Positions 50,501-61,986 of a stretch of 64,000 bases of DNA are shown here, one piece after another. The DNA is from Oopsacas minuta. Lineage: Eukaryota; Animalia; Porifera. Both the position numbers and the translations under genes were made by a program. The stretch is taken from the NCBI GenBank assembly GCA_024704765.1, contig JAKMXF010000318.1:1-64000 (forward strand). The letters run 5' to 3'. A model generated the notes under the pieces. It did no database searches. It was not told the DNA's origin and saw only the letters and a program-made list of their open reading frames with translations. The first letter of the stretch is position 1. Each line of letters opens with the position of its first letter.

Positions 50501-52413
50501 TATTCAAACATCAAGTGGTAATGCTTAACACTATGTTCTCATAAGCATATATATAGTATACGTATATCTAGTCATTATGTTCGTTAGCTTAATAACCAGA
50601 TATAAATTGTAAGAAAAGATAAATGTACCTCAACACACATACACCTGTTTATCAACTGATAGAAAGAACAAAGCAATAAATTAGCTTACTTGATAACTTC
50701 GTATCCAATACTTATGAGATTAAGAAATGTATACATGCTACTGAAATACTGTAAGGTAGTAATCAGATAAGACATACACACTAGGATTGTGCGTATTATT
50801 TGCTTCCCGAAGGGATACGTCTTATCTGAGCCTAATGTATGGTTAAACGCGAATATTTTGAATACAAATGTTAGAAAATTATCATAGTATATTAGCTCAG
50901 TCCTGTCTAGCAATTTTTCACGAATGATATTAATCATGTGATAGTGTTGGTTAGTTGCATCACCCTCTGAATAGGGCAATTCACTGGTGGGCGTATCTAT
51001 CATATTACACAATTAGTGTATAGCTATCTATCTCGTAAGACAGACAGATTTAACCATGAGACATTACAAATATCCTCATATGAGACATTATTCAAGTAGG
51101 ATTTCTAAAGTAACAAATGGGAATATTAATGGGAAATATACGCTGTAGAATATCCTCTAAGCAATTGATATTACAAAGATATTATTGATTGCTAAATAAT
51201 ATTATTAATGATATATCCCTTGTAGATTCACATATTGGAACTGAAATAAGGAAATGGAGCATGTATGAAGCATTCATAAAGCTAACGTTTTAGAAATAAG
51301 ATCACTGTATCAGGGAAACATTGCTGTACAAAATGTGGCCTACATTGTAATATGCTTGAAATAAGGAATTCTACATACGAATAAACCACAATTTCAATAA
51401 TACGTTGTTTGAATGTAAATGGATAAATCACCTGTGAATAATGTTCTTATCATGACAATATGCAACTGCATCAAGTATCTGCTGTATACATTTACTAGCT
51501 TCAGATTCTGAGTAATATTCTCTCTTTACAATATCTTCAAATAACTCACCCCCAGTGACCAAATCAAATATCATATAGTACTGAATGTCATCTTGAAATA
51601 CGTTATGAAGACGTACAATATGAGGATGCTATGGAAAGAAATTGATTCAAATTATTTGTTACACCAATGGTATTAGCATAAATTAGTATATTACGTCATT
51701 TGCTTTCGCAATGGTTATTGATTAAATGTAAATTTATACCATTCAGATCCTCTCAAATAAAATCCTATACCCCATGGAACATTCTATAATTCAAACATTC
51801 ACCTTTTCCCAAGTTCTATAATTACAGATATAGCATATATCCTGCTGACAATATCGGCAGTAGAAATATACATAATACTTGTCTATATAACTGCGGTATT
51901 GAAATTTTCATAAAAATCTTCAAAAAGTGTCTACTTATCAAAATTAATCACGATTAAATTCTGCTTCATTTCAATACGCAAAATAATTCAATTAATAATG
52001 AATTGTATATTACAACCCAGCACAGCTTGATAAGAGGAGGTTATACTAGAACACAAGATTTGAATTAACTATTATATTACTTATGTCAGCAGAATACGTA
52101 CGTTTAATTAAGCACTTTAGAAGGATAATTAATTGAAAAGAACGGAATAATAGTTAGTGTATTATCCAATGAATATACATAGAAATTGTATTACCTTAAG
52201 CTGTGAACAGATTTGAGTCTCGTTTTCAATTCTTGAACTCAATACTCTACTTCTAATTATCTTAACCGCGAATTCATCTTTTGTCTGCTTATCTCGACAC
52301 TTTTTGACAATTCCGAACGTTCCTTGTCCCAGCGTCTCTAGAGTATCGAACTTTTCTAAGAATCCAGTTTGGATTGGGACTGATAGCTTGAGACCAGACT
52401 TTGATGACGTCAT
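38529..52413 (-). CDS. CAMK2: CaMKII-like kinase, isoform B (484 aa): join 52195-52413, 51432-51628, 38529-39567
   Basis: Exon 1: [16 protein letters not shown]. Exon 2: [36 protein letters not shown]|gt (phase 2). Distal terminal exon begins ag|G-GAT-ATC-AAG (RDIKPEN), with DFG, HRSRT and a hub domain ([20 protein letters not shown]). Confidence 0.82.
40376..52413 (-). CDS. CAMK2: CaMKII-like isoform A (466 aa, DFG changed to NFA): join 52195-52413, 51432-51628, 40376-41360
   Basis: Proximal terminal exon begins ag|G-GAT-ATC-AAA (RDIKPEN), with [23 protein letters not shown] and a hub domain ([20 protein letters not shown]). Same phase-2 junction as isoform B. Confidence 0.8.
46201..51012 (-). 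pseudogene. Possible decayed TRP(A)-like channel gene inside the long CaMKII intron
   Basis: Ordered minus-strand fragments resembling TRP segments: S1/S2-like at 50686-51012; S4-S5-linker-like [21 protein letters not shown] at 49621-49701; S6-like [17 protein letters not shown] at about 47282-47350, preceded by an in-frame TAA; TRP-helix-like [14 protein letters not shown] at about 47208-47268; coiled-coil tail at 46201-46647. By-eye similarity only. Confidence 0.3.
46880..46902 (+). other. Predicted G-quadruplex, G6-T-G5-T-G5-T-G4
   Basis: GGGGGGTGGGGGTGGGGGTGGGG seen directly in AT-rich surroundings. Confidence 0.6.
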
Positions 52414-52832
52414 TAAGCTATTCTAATAAATGGACGGAATTTCGGGGTGGTTGAATTCAGGGATTTTAGATTTAACCTCTAGCTAACCGATTCCTAACCC
52501 TTTTAACCCTTGGACTCCTTATTACAGTTTTAACACTTTATGGACATGTAATACAAATTTTGAAGTACTGTGGAGTGTGGACCCCCTTCTGTGGCCCGTG
52601 ACCACCAAGGCTACATGGACCCCAGGATGGCAACCGCAGCTCTTACTTTATAAGAATTTCAAAAAGTGTAAAATTTGTTCTGCTGGCCACTATTTAAGCT
52701 TCAACTTCATATGAACACAAATCGTTTCAACATATTTCGCGAATCCCATTTAAATTTCATTCAAATACAAGTGTGTGATAAAAACATAGAAAACTTCACA
52801 TTAAACGAATCTGTATATAACAAGTATAATAC

Positions 52833-53693
52833 TCAACTAATGTATTGTTCTCGTCTCATATCAATGCGTATAACGCTAGCATCAATTAACACGAATACAT
52901 AGCCATAATAATCTATAGCCAATCCCTGTTGGAAACGACCTTTTTCACCAAACAAATATTCCGAATACACATTCTCTATTAATCTACCTTCCCAGTTATA
53001 AACCATTAAAATTCCTTCTCTATAGTTTACTATATTCAATTCTTCGCGTGCTGGATGAATACCTATGAACTGAATCTTCTTAATTAATGGATTGAAATGA
53101 TTTCTCGGTCTTATATCGCTTCCTAATCCGGGGTAAATTGTTGTTAAACTCGTAGAAATGTCAAATTTATCGAGCATTACTATAGAATTGGGGTCTCTTA
53201 AAAGTATGAAAATTTCAAAACTCCCAGACTTGATGTCTTGAGGTTCAGAACACAAATCGATTATATAATTTTTGCATGGTGTATAACAGTATACAAGTTT
53301 ATTCCATCTTGCACAAAGAAATAAAGCTAATTCTGTGCTTGCTTCATCTACTAAAACACCCATTATATCTTTAAATGTATAGATTTTATCTTGTATTCTA
53401 ATTTCTTGAAATGCAGTTATGAAAAATCCATCTAGTGTGAATATTTTGACCGATCCTATTCCAGATTTACTAATACAACCAACAAACAAGAAATTATCAT
53501 ATATAGATATACCAGAACATGTACAGTTATCTTCTAATCCCTGTTCTATCGTTTGGATGTGTTCAGATTTCTGTGAAAATACATGTATACCTCGGTCACT
53601 TGTAATGTACATTTGTGCATTTACTCTTGATACATCTAGAGTGCAACAGTCTTTGTAATCGATTACAGCCAGTAGTTCAACTTTTCGATTCAT
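52833..53693 (-). CDS. NHL/6-bladed beta-propeller-like protein, 286 aa
   Basis: Repeats CSGISIYDNFLFVG, IMGVLVDE, QQGLAIDYYGYVFVL; no catalytic motif recognised. Confidence 0.65.
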   Translation of the reverse strand: MNRKVELLAVIDYKDCCTLDVSRVNAQMYITSDRGIHVFSQKSEHIQTIEQGLEDNCTCSGISIYDNFLFVGCISKSGIGSVKIFTLDGFFITAFQEIRIQDKIYTFKDIMGVLVDEASTELALFLCARWNKLVYCYTPCKNYIIDLCSEPQDIKSGSFEIFILLRDPNSIVMLDKFDISTSLTTIYPGLGSDIRPRNHFNPLIKKIQFIGIHPAREELNIVNYREGILMVYNWEGRLIENVYSEYLFGEKGRFQQGLAIDYYGYVFVLIDASVIRIDMRREQYIS

Positions 53694-54252
53694 TATTTTA
53701 GGCTAAAATACCATGGATATATCTGAATTTAATTTCAACTGGGTTTACACTATGCTGCAGGTATTTTCTTGCTTAAAATGTTAATACAAGGATTATCGAT
53801 ATGAAATATTTGCCCCCATCAAATACCACAATACTTCTAGCTAATAAAATAACCTTCCATCACGTTTCTGATATTCGATGGGTATTACTGATGATAATAA
53901 TAGCTGAATATATATCTATATACGGTAAATACAGTGCAACCTCCACAAAAGAAAAATGCTACCATGTTTTCAAGTTTCTCCCAAATTCCCCGTTAGTGGA
54001 GGGTCATTTGTATGGGACTAGGAATTCGCAATATTTATTTTCACTTCGTTTCTAGAAGTTCCCCGTAGTCTAGGTTTCACTATGTTCCCAAGAAATTTAA
54101 TAATTGTGAATTCATTCAAGAAATTTACAACAACACATAAAACAACCTATCAAATCAGAAAATACATGGCTAGTAATCAAAACAGTCCAATTTACATACA
54201 AAATACACAAAGTAACTAATGTATACAATTCTCTTTGTTTTCCAGAATTACA

Positions 54253-57200
54253 TCACTTTTTACCTAACTTGCCATATAGTTTTTTGTTAATTAAGAAAAT
54301 TAGAAGATTCACATTGACTTTGACTTGACTACCGATTTTGCATACAGTTACGCCATCAAATTGTAGTTGGAGAAGATCTTGAATAATTAATTCGGTTTTC
54401 TCCACTAAATTACCGAGAAATTTCGCGTGTACTTCAAACTTTGATGCATCAATCTGTCGAATTTCAATACTAATACTACGATATTGAAATCGTTGTATCC
54501 CTTCAATTTCGAGTATAACTCCTTTCTCATACAATCTCTGTGCAGAGTATTTGACCGATTTTGATTTAAAATCGGTATTCGTTGCCTTTGCGCCGCCAGA
54601 TGCTCCGCTCCCTCTTAAATTCCTTGCTTTAGCCATATTCTCCAATGCTGAGTTAATATATTGTTGATAGAATGTGTACTGTTCTTCATGGAAACTTTCC
54701 TTCTCGTTGAGTTGTGTCAGAGTTTTGTTCAAACGTTTCTTCTCAACTCGACGTTGTTTTCGATGTCTAGCTTGATTTGTGATATCTTTCGCAATCGCGT
54801 TAATTATCTCCTGATAATTAGTTTGCCTTGAAACTAGTCCATCTTCTTCCAAGATATCTAGATTTCGTTTGATTTTACTCTTAACAGTGTCAATTGTAGG
54901 ATTAGACGTATGCAGAGCTGTTGTGTATCTGCGTATTAGCAAATGATCACCATGACCCTTCTCAATTTGTCTCTGTATCATGTCACTGAATTTTTTTCGT
55001 ATTTCCTCACTGGGTGGAGTATCGAGTACATCAGATAAAGTCTCACCAGGTTGTATACGTAACAGATCAACACACATACCTTTAGTTTGCACGAATATTG
55101 CCTTGGAATCGGTTGGCTCGTTAATATCGAATTGATCATGTTTACTGGATAGAGTCAGTGCTATTTCTGTTTCACCTGCTTCTTGAAACATTTCTCTCGT
55201 TTCTTCACTTGAGCTAGTCGTTAGGTCAGGGAGATCACCTACTAAATTCCTGAGGTTTAGGTCTGTGCCGAGGTCAGCTAAGATCTCGTGGATTACGTCA
55301 TCTTTTTCCGGAGCGATAACAGTCGCGTGTTCTACGAATAATTTGTGAGTTGATATGATATCCTTCGCAGTGAGACGAACAACTGGTTTAGAAATCATAA
55401 TCAAATCAGTGTACTCATCAAACCCGAATTTTACTTCTGGAGTTTCCACCATTGAGAGTTTGAAAATGTAAGCTTTGAAAATTTCATATTTTTCGAGGAT
55501 GAAATCGTTGAAACTAGCTAATGGATTATCCTCATGTACGATTTTCCTGTTACTAATATTCTGAATCACCCTGGAGATGCTGGACAAGTTCTTACGTTGC
55601 TCAACTGTCAATTGGTTAGTTGCTCCTTTGCTTGCGTCCATTTCTATTAGCCCGTAGCTCTCTGGATTGACTATAATCGGGTTAATATAACGATAGTATA
55701 TAAGGTTTGATAGGACTTTTACTAGCTCGTCTTCGTTAATCATAGGGAACTGTTTTATAAGAGATTCACGCATCAGCATTGTAATATAACGTAATCCATA
55801 TGGTATTTTATTCACGTTATCTGTTATGACAGAGATGAAGTTCGAGACAATTGGTTTAACAGATTCTAAAGTTTGAACCATTTTCTGCTGTACTTCAGGA
55901 TGTTCCATTGCTTTAGCACTGTCTACGTCATATGGGAGTTGTGCAGCTGTCCCAGTCGTTGATTCTAAAAGGTTTATCATTTGTTTGTATATGTCTACTG
56001 GGCTAAGGTAAAATTTATTGGTTGTTTCGACGATTTCGCGTATAAGAGGACGTAGTAACTCTCTGAAGTTATTGTGCGCACCGCCTCGACTTTCGCGTGT
56101 GAATTTTATAAGGATTTTAACAGCTACACTGTTCATAGTACTGATGTCAATAATCTGTGTGACTTTTACATCAATTTCAGAGAGCAAGGCTACTTGTATC
56201 ATTTTCATGAAGAGATACATTTCGCGAGGATTCGTTCCGTAATTATATAAAGCTAATACGACGTTGTCAAGGAATTCAGTTTTTTTCGTGACAGCTAGAA
56301 GATAGAGAACTCGTGCGATATAGTTCGGGTTGGTTTGAAGTAGATAGAAAAGGTGTTGATAACCGTCGAGTATTTTTCGGGAGTTAGCTGTGAATTTCCT
56401 TATACCCTGACGTGAAGTACTTTTCGCTTGTATTTCATCTCTACGTTTCTGTACTTTGGTTTTAATATGGATAACATCTTTCAATGTTATTTGGTTTCGA
56501 ATCAATAAACCAATTTTTATGTCCAAATTTGTAAGATCTATATCGTGTTGTTTCAGAGATCGCATTCTAGTTGTAAGATCACCACGTAGCGCATTAACTT
56601 CTAATTCTTCAGCTATATCAGCATCACTCTGATCTAATAGTTTTAAGAACTTGTTCAGAGAGGCTACAGGGGGATTTTTATCAGCTAGCAACGTTTGATA
56701 GTTCTCTTTTGCTTTAATTCCTCGCCACCAAGCTTGTATCTGTATTATACAGGCTATATTATCAAGGTAATGTCGTCGAGCAAGCCCGCCTCTGTGTCTA
56801 GCAAACCAGCCCCTAGCAACCCGTTGAATAACGAGAACTTTATCTAGATTGCTTTGAAACCATTCCTGTCTTTCTTGTAGATATTTTCTCATTAGATACC
56901 CCTTGATATAAGCCTGTACACGTATAATACTCTGCTCATTGTCTTTGTAGTATTTCCATTTAGCACTAACATCCTTTCTAACGAAATAACCTCTAACCAG
57001 TGACTGGATGTTAATAATTAATGACTCATTAGCTTCGAATAACGCCCATCTGGAGTGATCAGCTGTCACACGAGTGACGACATCTTGTATATAATCTCTA
57101 TTAAGGTAGGGACTGGGTGTGTCAAGAGGAGGGGAAGGTTTTGTCCAAGAAATATTTTCTGTGTTAGTGTTAAACCAGAATGAAATAGATTGTTTGTTCT

Positions 57201-59319
57201 TCAAAGATAAACATTCTCCGTGTAAATCAGCTGTAGCTTCGTTCTCCTTATAAGTATGTATAAGATTAGTTTGATAACTGACAGCACATTCTTGTAAGAC
57301 AGACGAGAGATGACAATTTGGGTTTAAGAGTAGGATTATGAGGTTAGCAGGTTTATGTTCACTCACTAATGATTTGTTTATCGTACAAATAGCTTGTCCG
57401 TGTGATTTAGCATCTTTCTGTTCCTGATTAGCTCTGCGGACACAGTCTTGTATTTGCTCCAGATTAAGAGTGACCCCTGGGCATGCCTTAGCTTGTGCTG
57501 TAAGGATTCTAAGGTACAAAGGTGCGACACTCTCACTATTATCAACTTCAGTAATAAATTTAGCTTCATTGCCCTGGTTTAGTAAGCGTTGGAGATTCTC
57601 TTCATTTTGTTTAGATATATTATTTGAAACTGACGTCACTAGTTCTTGTATCTGAAGCTCACGTTCAATTTCAGTATTCGTTAAGTCTATACATTGCTGT
57701 ATATCTGAGTGAGTTAGCTCCTCTTCACCCTTTAGTATCTTCATCTGCTCAAGAGCTGAGGAGTACAGATCTGCATTTGTCGGGTTAATATAGGTTAATC
57801 CGGTGTCTGGATCGAGGAGATTAACGAGTACCTGTGAGGGGGTTTGAGTACCGATCGCCTGGTTGATACGTGCGATAGATTGCTGTTTTCTCTCATCATT
57901 CCCAGCCTCTTCATTCATTTCAACTAAGTCAGCATGTATTTCCTCCTCAGTGAGTAGCTCACCATCTCTTTTCGCAGATAAATCTGCCTGTAATCCTCTC
58001 ATATAATATTCAATGTATCCTGGTATGACTTCATTGAATTCAAATAATTCCCATTGCAGTGCCTGTAGTAATGCCTCGTAATCTCCATCGACTATTGCTT
58101 GATTCACAGCTGCGATTGCTGTGTCATGATCTCTACTCTGTTCCGCGATACTATTCGCGATTTGGATTAATTTCTCTATCTCTTCAAATGTGAGATTTTG
58201 ATTGGCTTCCTGTTCGTATTTTTCGCGTCTAGACCTCGCTAACACATCCATATACCACACCATGTTATCAGCTGATACATTCGCGAACAATCCACAGTTT
58301 AATATTGTTTCAATGAGAGCTATATCACGTGAGTGTTGGACTGATTGGTTAATAGATTCAGCTACTTGCTTCTCCTTTTCTTCACGTTCAAACCTTTCAT
58401 TTGATGTATTGGTAATCTCGATAACGTCTTGTATCTCCTCACGTGTTAAGTTATAATCGTAAGCGTCTAGAGTGGTCGGATCCACCCCCGAATCAAGTCC
58501 GCATGCATGCTTTTTCTTAGTCTTCTGCTCGTAGAGATCATCTTGATAAGTTTGACCTAGTTCGTCTCGTAACCAGTCTGTAACTTGTATTGCAGGATTC
58601 TTGAGAGTTGACAAAGTCTCTACTGGATCATTTTTATCAATAGCTTCATTCACTGCCATGATAGCTGCGTGTATTGCTGCTTCATTTTGTGTTAATTGCT
58701 CGGTTAATATCCCATTGATCTTACCAAATGCTGGCATTTTAATGTTATACTTATCTAGCTCTTTAGTCATAATGGATATCTCTTCTTCAGTGAATTCAGC
58801 CTTATCAACTAAATTCTCCATTACAGGGCCTTTCCCTAGTTTGTTCAGGTATAATGAGAGTGCATGGAGACAGTATATGACACGTGGCATGTTCTTACGA
58901 TCGTACAAATCAGTGGTTGTTGGATAGAATATTTTTGGTAGACCTATTTTTTTCATTGAGTTTACCCAATAGTTAATATTATCAGTGTGTCGAAATTCAA
59001 GTCCTCGTTCAATGTAACGTTCTTGATAGAGATCGTATATGCGTGTGAGAGGTACGAGTTCTGGGGTCATGAAGTTGGCAAGTTTCGCGAGAAATACACC
59101 GTTTCTTAGCGTTTCTTCTAGCTCAGTACTGACTGGGAGTTCCTCTTTAATACAAGCTTCAATCCATTGCTTAATCTCTTCCAAATGACAAAGATATTCA
59201 TATGCAATTTTCCGTTTCCTTATTTCATCCATCATTGTACTGCTTCTCTTACGCGCGATCTGAGGGCGCGGGGCCTTTGATGGCGGCAGATTACCGCCAA
59301 GATGGTTCGTGTTAGCCAT
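54253..59319 (-). CDS. IQGAP: IQGAP family Ras GTPase-activating-like protein, single exon, 1688 aa
   Basis: AYEYLCHLEE CH domain (FRHTDNINYW, DLYDRKNMPRVIYCLHALS), IQGAP repeats, WW-like FWFNTNTENISWTKP, four IQ motifs, GRD (YYRYINPIIVNPE), RGCT (VKYSAQRLYEKGV, KVNVNLLIFLINKK). Confidence 0.96.
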   Translation of the reverse strand: MANTNHLGGNLPPSKAPRPQIARKRSSTMMDEIRKRKIAYEYLCHLEEIKQWIEACIKEELPVSTELEETLRNGVFLAKLANFMTPELVPLTRIYDLYQERYIERGLEFRHTDNINYWVNSMKKIGLPKIFYPTTTDLYDRKNMPRVIYCLHALSLYLNKLGKGPVMENLVDKAEFTEEEISIMTKELDKYNIKMPAFGKINGILTEQLTQNEAAIHAAIMAVNEAIDKNDPVETLSTLKNPAIQVTDWLRDELGQTYQDDLYEQKTKKKHACGLDSGVDPTTLDAYDYNLTREEIQDVIEITNTSNERFEREEKEKQVAESINQSVQHSRDIALIETILNCGLFANVSADNMVWYMDVLARSRREKYEQEANQNLTFEEIEKLIQIANSIAEQSRDHDTAIAAVNQAIVDGDYEALLQALQWELFEFNEVIPGYIEYYMRGLQADLSAKRDGELLTEEEIHADLVEMNEEAGNDERKQQSIARINQAIGTQTPSQVLVNLLDPDTGLTYINPTNADLYSSALEQMKILKGEEELTHSDIQQCIDLTNTEIERELQIQELVTSVSNNISKQNEENLQRLLNQGNEAKFITEVDNSESVAPLYLRILTAQAKACPGVTLNLEQIQDCVRRANQEQKDAKSHGQAICTINKSLVSEHKPANLIILLLNPNCHLSSVLQECAVSYQTNLIHTYKENEATADLHGECLSLKNKQSISFWFNTNTENISWTKPSPPLDTPSPYLNRDYIQDVVTRVTADHSRWALFEANESLIINIQSLVRGYFVRKDVSAKWKYYKDNEQSIIRVQAYIKGYLMRKYLQERQEWFQSNLDKVLVIQRVARGWFARHRGGLARRHYLDNIACIIQIQAWWRGIKAKENYQTLLADKNPPVASLNKFLKLLDQSDADIAEELEVNALRGDLTTRMRSLKQHDIDLTNLDIKIGLLIRNQITLKDVIHIKTKVQKRRDEIQAKSTSRQGIRKFTANSRKILDGYQHLFYLLQTNPNYIARVLYLLAVTKKTEFLDNVVLALYNYGTNPREMYLFMKMIQVALLSEIDVKVTQIIDISTMNSVAVKILIKFTRESRGGAHNNFRELLRPLIREIVETTNKFYLSPVDIYKQMINLLESTTGTAAQLPYDVDSAKAMEHPEVQQKMVQTLESVKPIVSNFISVITDNVNKIPYGLRYITMLMRESLIKQFPMINEDELVKVLSNLIYYRYINPIIVNPESYGLIEMDASKGATNQLTVEQRKNLSSISRVIQNISNRKIVHEDNPLASFNDFILEKYEIFKAYIFKLSMVETPEVKFGFDEYTDLIMISKPVVRLTAKDIISTHKLFVEHATVIAPEKDDVIHEILADLGTDLNLRNLVGDLPDLTTSSSEETREMFQEAGETEIALTLSSKHDQFDINEPTDSKAIFVQTKGMCVDLLRIQPGETLSDVLDTPPSEEIRKKFSDMIQRQIEKGHGDHLLIRRYTTALHTSNPTIDTVKSKIKRNLDILEEDGLVSRQTNYQEIINAIAKDITNQARHRKQRRVEKKRLNKTLTQLNEKESFHEEQYTFYQQYINSALENMAKARNLRGSGASGGAKATNTDFKSKSVKYSAQRLYEKGVILEIEGIQRFQYRSISIEIRQIDASKFEVHAKFLGNLVEKTELIIQDLLQLQFDGVTVCKIGSQVKVNVNLLIFLINKKLYGKLGKK

Positions 59320-59797
59320 GTATCAAACTGTATGTAAAATCGCTAGTTAAGTATCTGTTTAAATATGGTAGTGGTAAGAGACTACTGGTGCATATAGGTT
59401 ATCGTGTTTCAGAACTAACTAACCACCTAATTAACTATTTATTAATTCTGAATTCAGACTAATAATAGAGTCGTATTGGTGTATGTTATAACACATCATA
59501 CAGATAAGAAATATTCTTACTTCACTGATTATATTATGCAATGGTGTAGATTAGGATTGATAATATTATTAAGGCAAATAGGTGAGTGATAGTATTGCAT
59601 TTTCGGGTTTTTATTGAAGAAGTTTTATTGCGCAAGGAAGATATGCTCAAAAATCAAAATCCATTTGGAATTTCCTGTTTTGAACTAACTCCATGTTTTC
59701 ATTGCCATATACATATTGGGTAGTAAAATTAGCTAAGTTTTGACTATATTGAATAGGAAATACTGTATACACAATAATTAATGTGATTTATTAAAAT

Positions 59798-61625
59798 CTA
59801 TGTGGAGTTAATAGTTGTATTAGGAGAGAAATATTTCGTACGAAATGTATTCATTTTTTCGGCTTTCTCAAGAGAAACTTTGTCTATTTTACTAACTAGC
59901 TTACCTGCAGGTTCCTGTCCTAGTTCGTTATCTGAAAGAACTTTTTCCATACAAACTATAAAGCGTATCGCATTTCCTCCAAATATTTGACTACATTGTG
60001 TAATGTATCTTAGCGAGGGAGGGGCACAAGAAAGTAAAGCTTGTAAGTTAGCTTCATCTCCTATCATACATGGAAAACAGAATACTAGTCTACCACCTGG
60101 TACTAAATGCTGAGCTGAAAAACGAAATAAATCAAGGTATAAATCTGCTAGTGAATATTGATGGAATTTGTAAAAATCTTTAGAATATTTCTTCACCTCA
60201 TCAGTATCAATAGAGGGAGCTTCCTTCTCCTTCTTCCTCAATTTCTTAGCACCCTCACGGATTCCATAAGGAGGATCAGTTAATATAGCATCACACTTGA
60301 ACTCATCTCTCCAAACACTTTTACCTTAAAATATATAAATAATATTGGTGGAAATAATTACAAGAAATATGAAAATATCTTTTATTATTATTATTATTAT
60401 TATGTAAAAGTTTAATTGCCTGCTTTCAATTTATAAACTGTTGCAACACAATGACGAACATGCTGAAAATTTTCTGAATTTTTGATGAATTTAACATTTA
60501 GATATTGAGTTTAGTTTATAATAACACGAAATGTGTCTAATAGTGTTAAAGGTGTATCGTAAATAAGATCTTACTTATACCTGCATCAGCTGCTAACAGA
60601 TCCAAGTAATAACCTTCCAATCCATACTTCTCTAAATTCTTCCTCAAGCACTCGTCAGGGAATCTCTTAACCTGACCACTCCGTGTACATTTACTCCATC
60701 CATGTAATATCTTCCTGTCTATATCACTCCCCATTACGTAAGCACCTAAATGTGCACACGATACCAGGGCTGACCCTGTACCTACAAACGGATCAAATAC
60801 AACATCACCTCTCTTCACTTTAGCTAGGTTTCCCATTAAAAAGCATATCTCTGGGTCGAGTGACGTATTACCTATGAAATAACGTTTTTCTAATGAGTAA
60901 TGAGCTAATAGCTTGCGTTGCCCTTCTGATATAAGACAGCCAATATAAATGCGATACGGTTTTGCTGGTGCTAATTTTGGGTTATTACCGTAATCTTCTA
61001 TAACTTGTATAAGTAATTCTGGTTCAGTCAAATTTACCTTACCGCCACATTGTAATACTTCTAGTTTGTTTATTATACTTAATGAATAGTCTTGAGGAAG
61101 CTTTTTCGCGAAAGCTGACACTCTGATGGCGTATGAATATTTGTTTCCAGATAAATATGATCTAAGTTCAGGGTTTAAATGTGAATTAATATCCGCGATT
61201 AAATCTTCATATGAATCTGCTATATACCAAACTTCTATGATGTGTCGTATTGAAATACTTCTGCGCGATAATTTCAAGGCTGTTTCCCTGGATACCATTT
61301 CGGTGAGAAGATATGCACCTTTTTTAGAAAATGTATCATTTTGAAATTGTATTTTCAAATCTAAAAGATTTGTTAAAGCTTGAAGTTCTTGTAGCTTACA
61401 GTCTATATCAGTATGTGCAAAGACTAATAAGACTTTACCGCTAAATGGTAGTTCTGTGGTAATATTATTCGAAATGTTAACTTCCGCAGAAACCTCTCTT
61501 TTGGCTAACGGAGATGTTTGGGTTAATTGGATTCGTTGAGCCATGAAAGTTCTAAATAAAAAGGATATCGCAGGTAGCTCACGTGTAGGTCTATACACAG
61601 AAAGTGCAGCTCTTATGAAATTCAT
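59798..61625 (-). CDS. TRMT11: tRNA (guanine-10-N2)-methyltransferase; join 60581-61625 and 59798-60324
   Basis: THUMP-like N-terminal half, RYFIGNTSLDPE, VFDPFVGTGS, GSDID. A phase-1 intron at 60325..60580 restores DAILTDPPYGIREG. Confidence 0.92.
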
Positions 61626-61986
61626 TGCATTTGCTATTAGAAATTTAGAAATAATTACAGATGCAAAATGGTTGTTTTGGGCATGGAAATGGCCTCAAAA
61701 ATTTCAAATGTAAATTTCCAGTGGAGGCTTGTAATATGCAATCACTACAAAAATTGGTAGTTTCGTAAATATATAATGTATTCTAAAAATAAATACACTA
61801 GAAACAGAATATTTGTAACACATTCTTCGCTAAAACTTTATGCTGTATTGCGAATAATATCAACAGTTCTCTTTTCAACCAATCAATTTTCGTACCACTG
61901 CGAATGATTATGCGTGGGTACAGAATTTCGGGAGATGATTATACCATATATTTAAATTAGAAGTTTAATGCGAAAAATGCGAAAAT

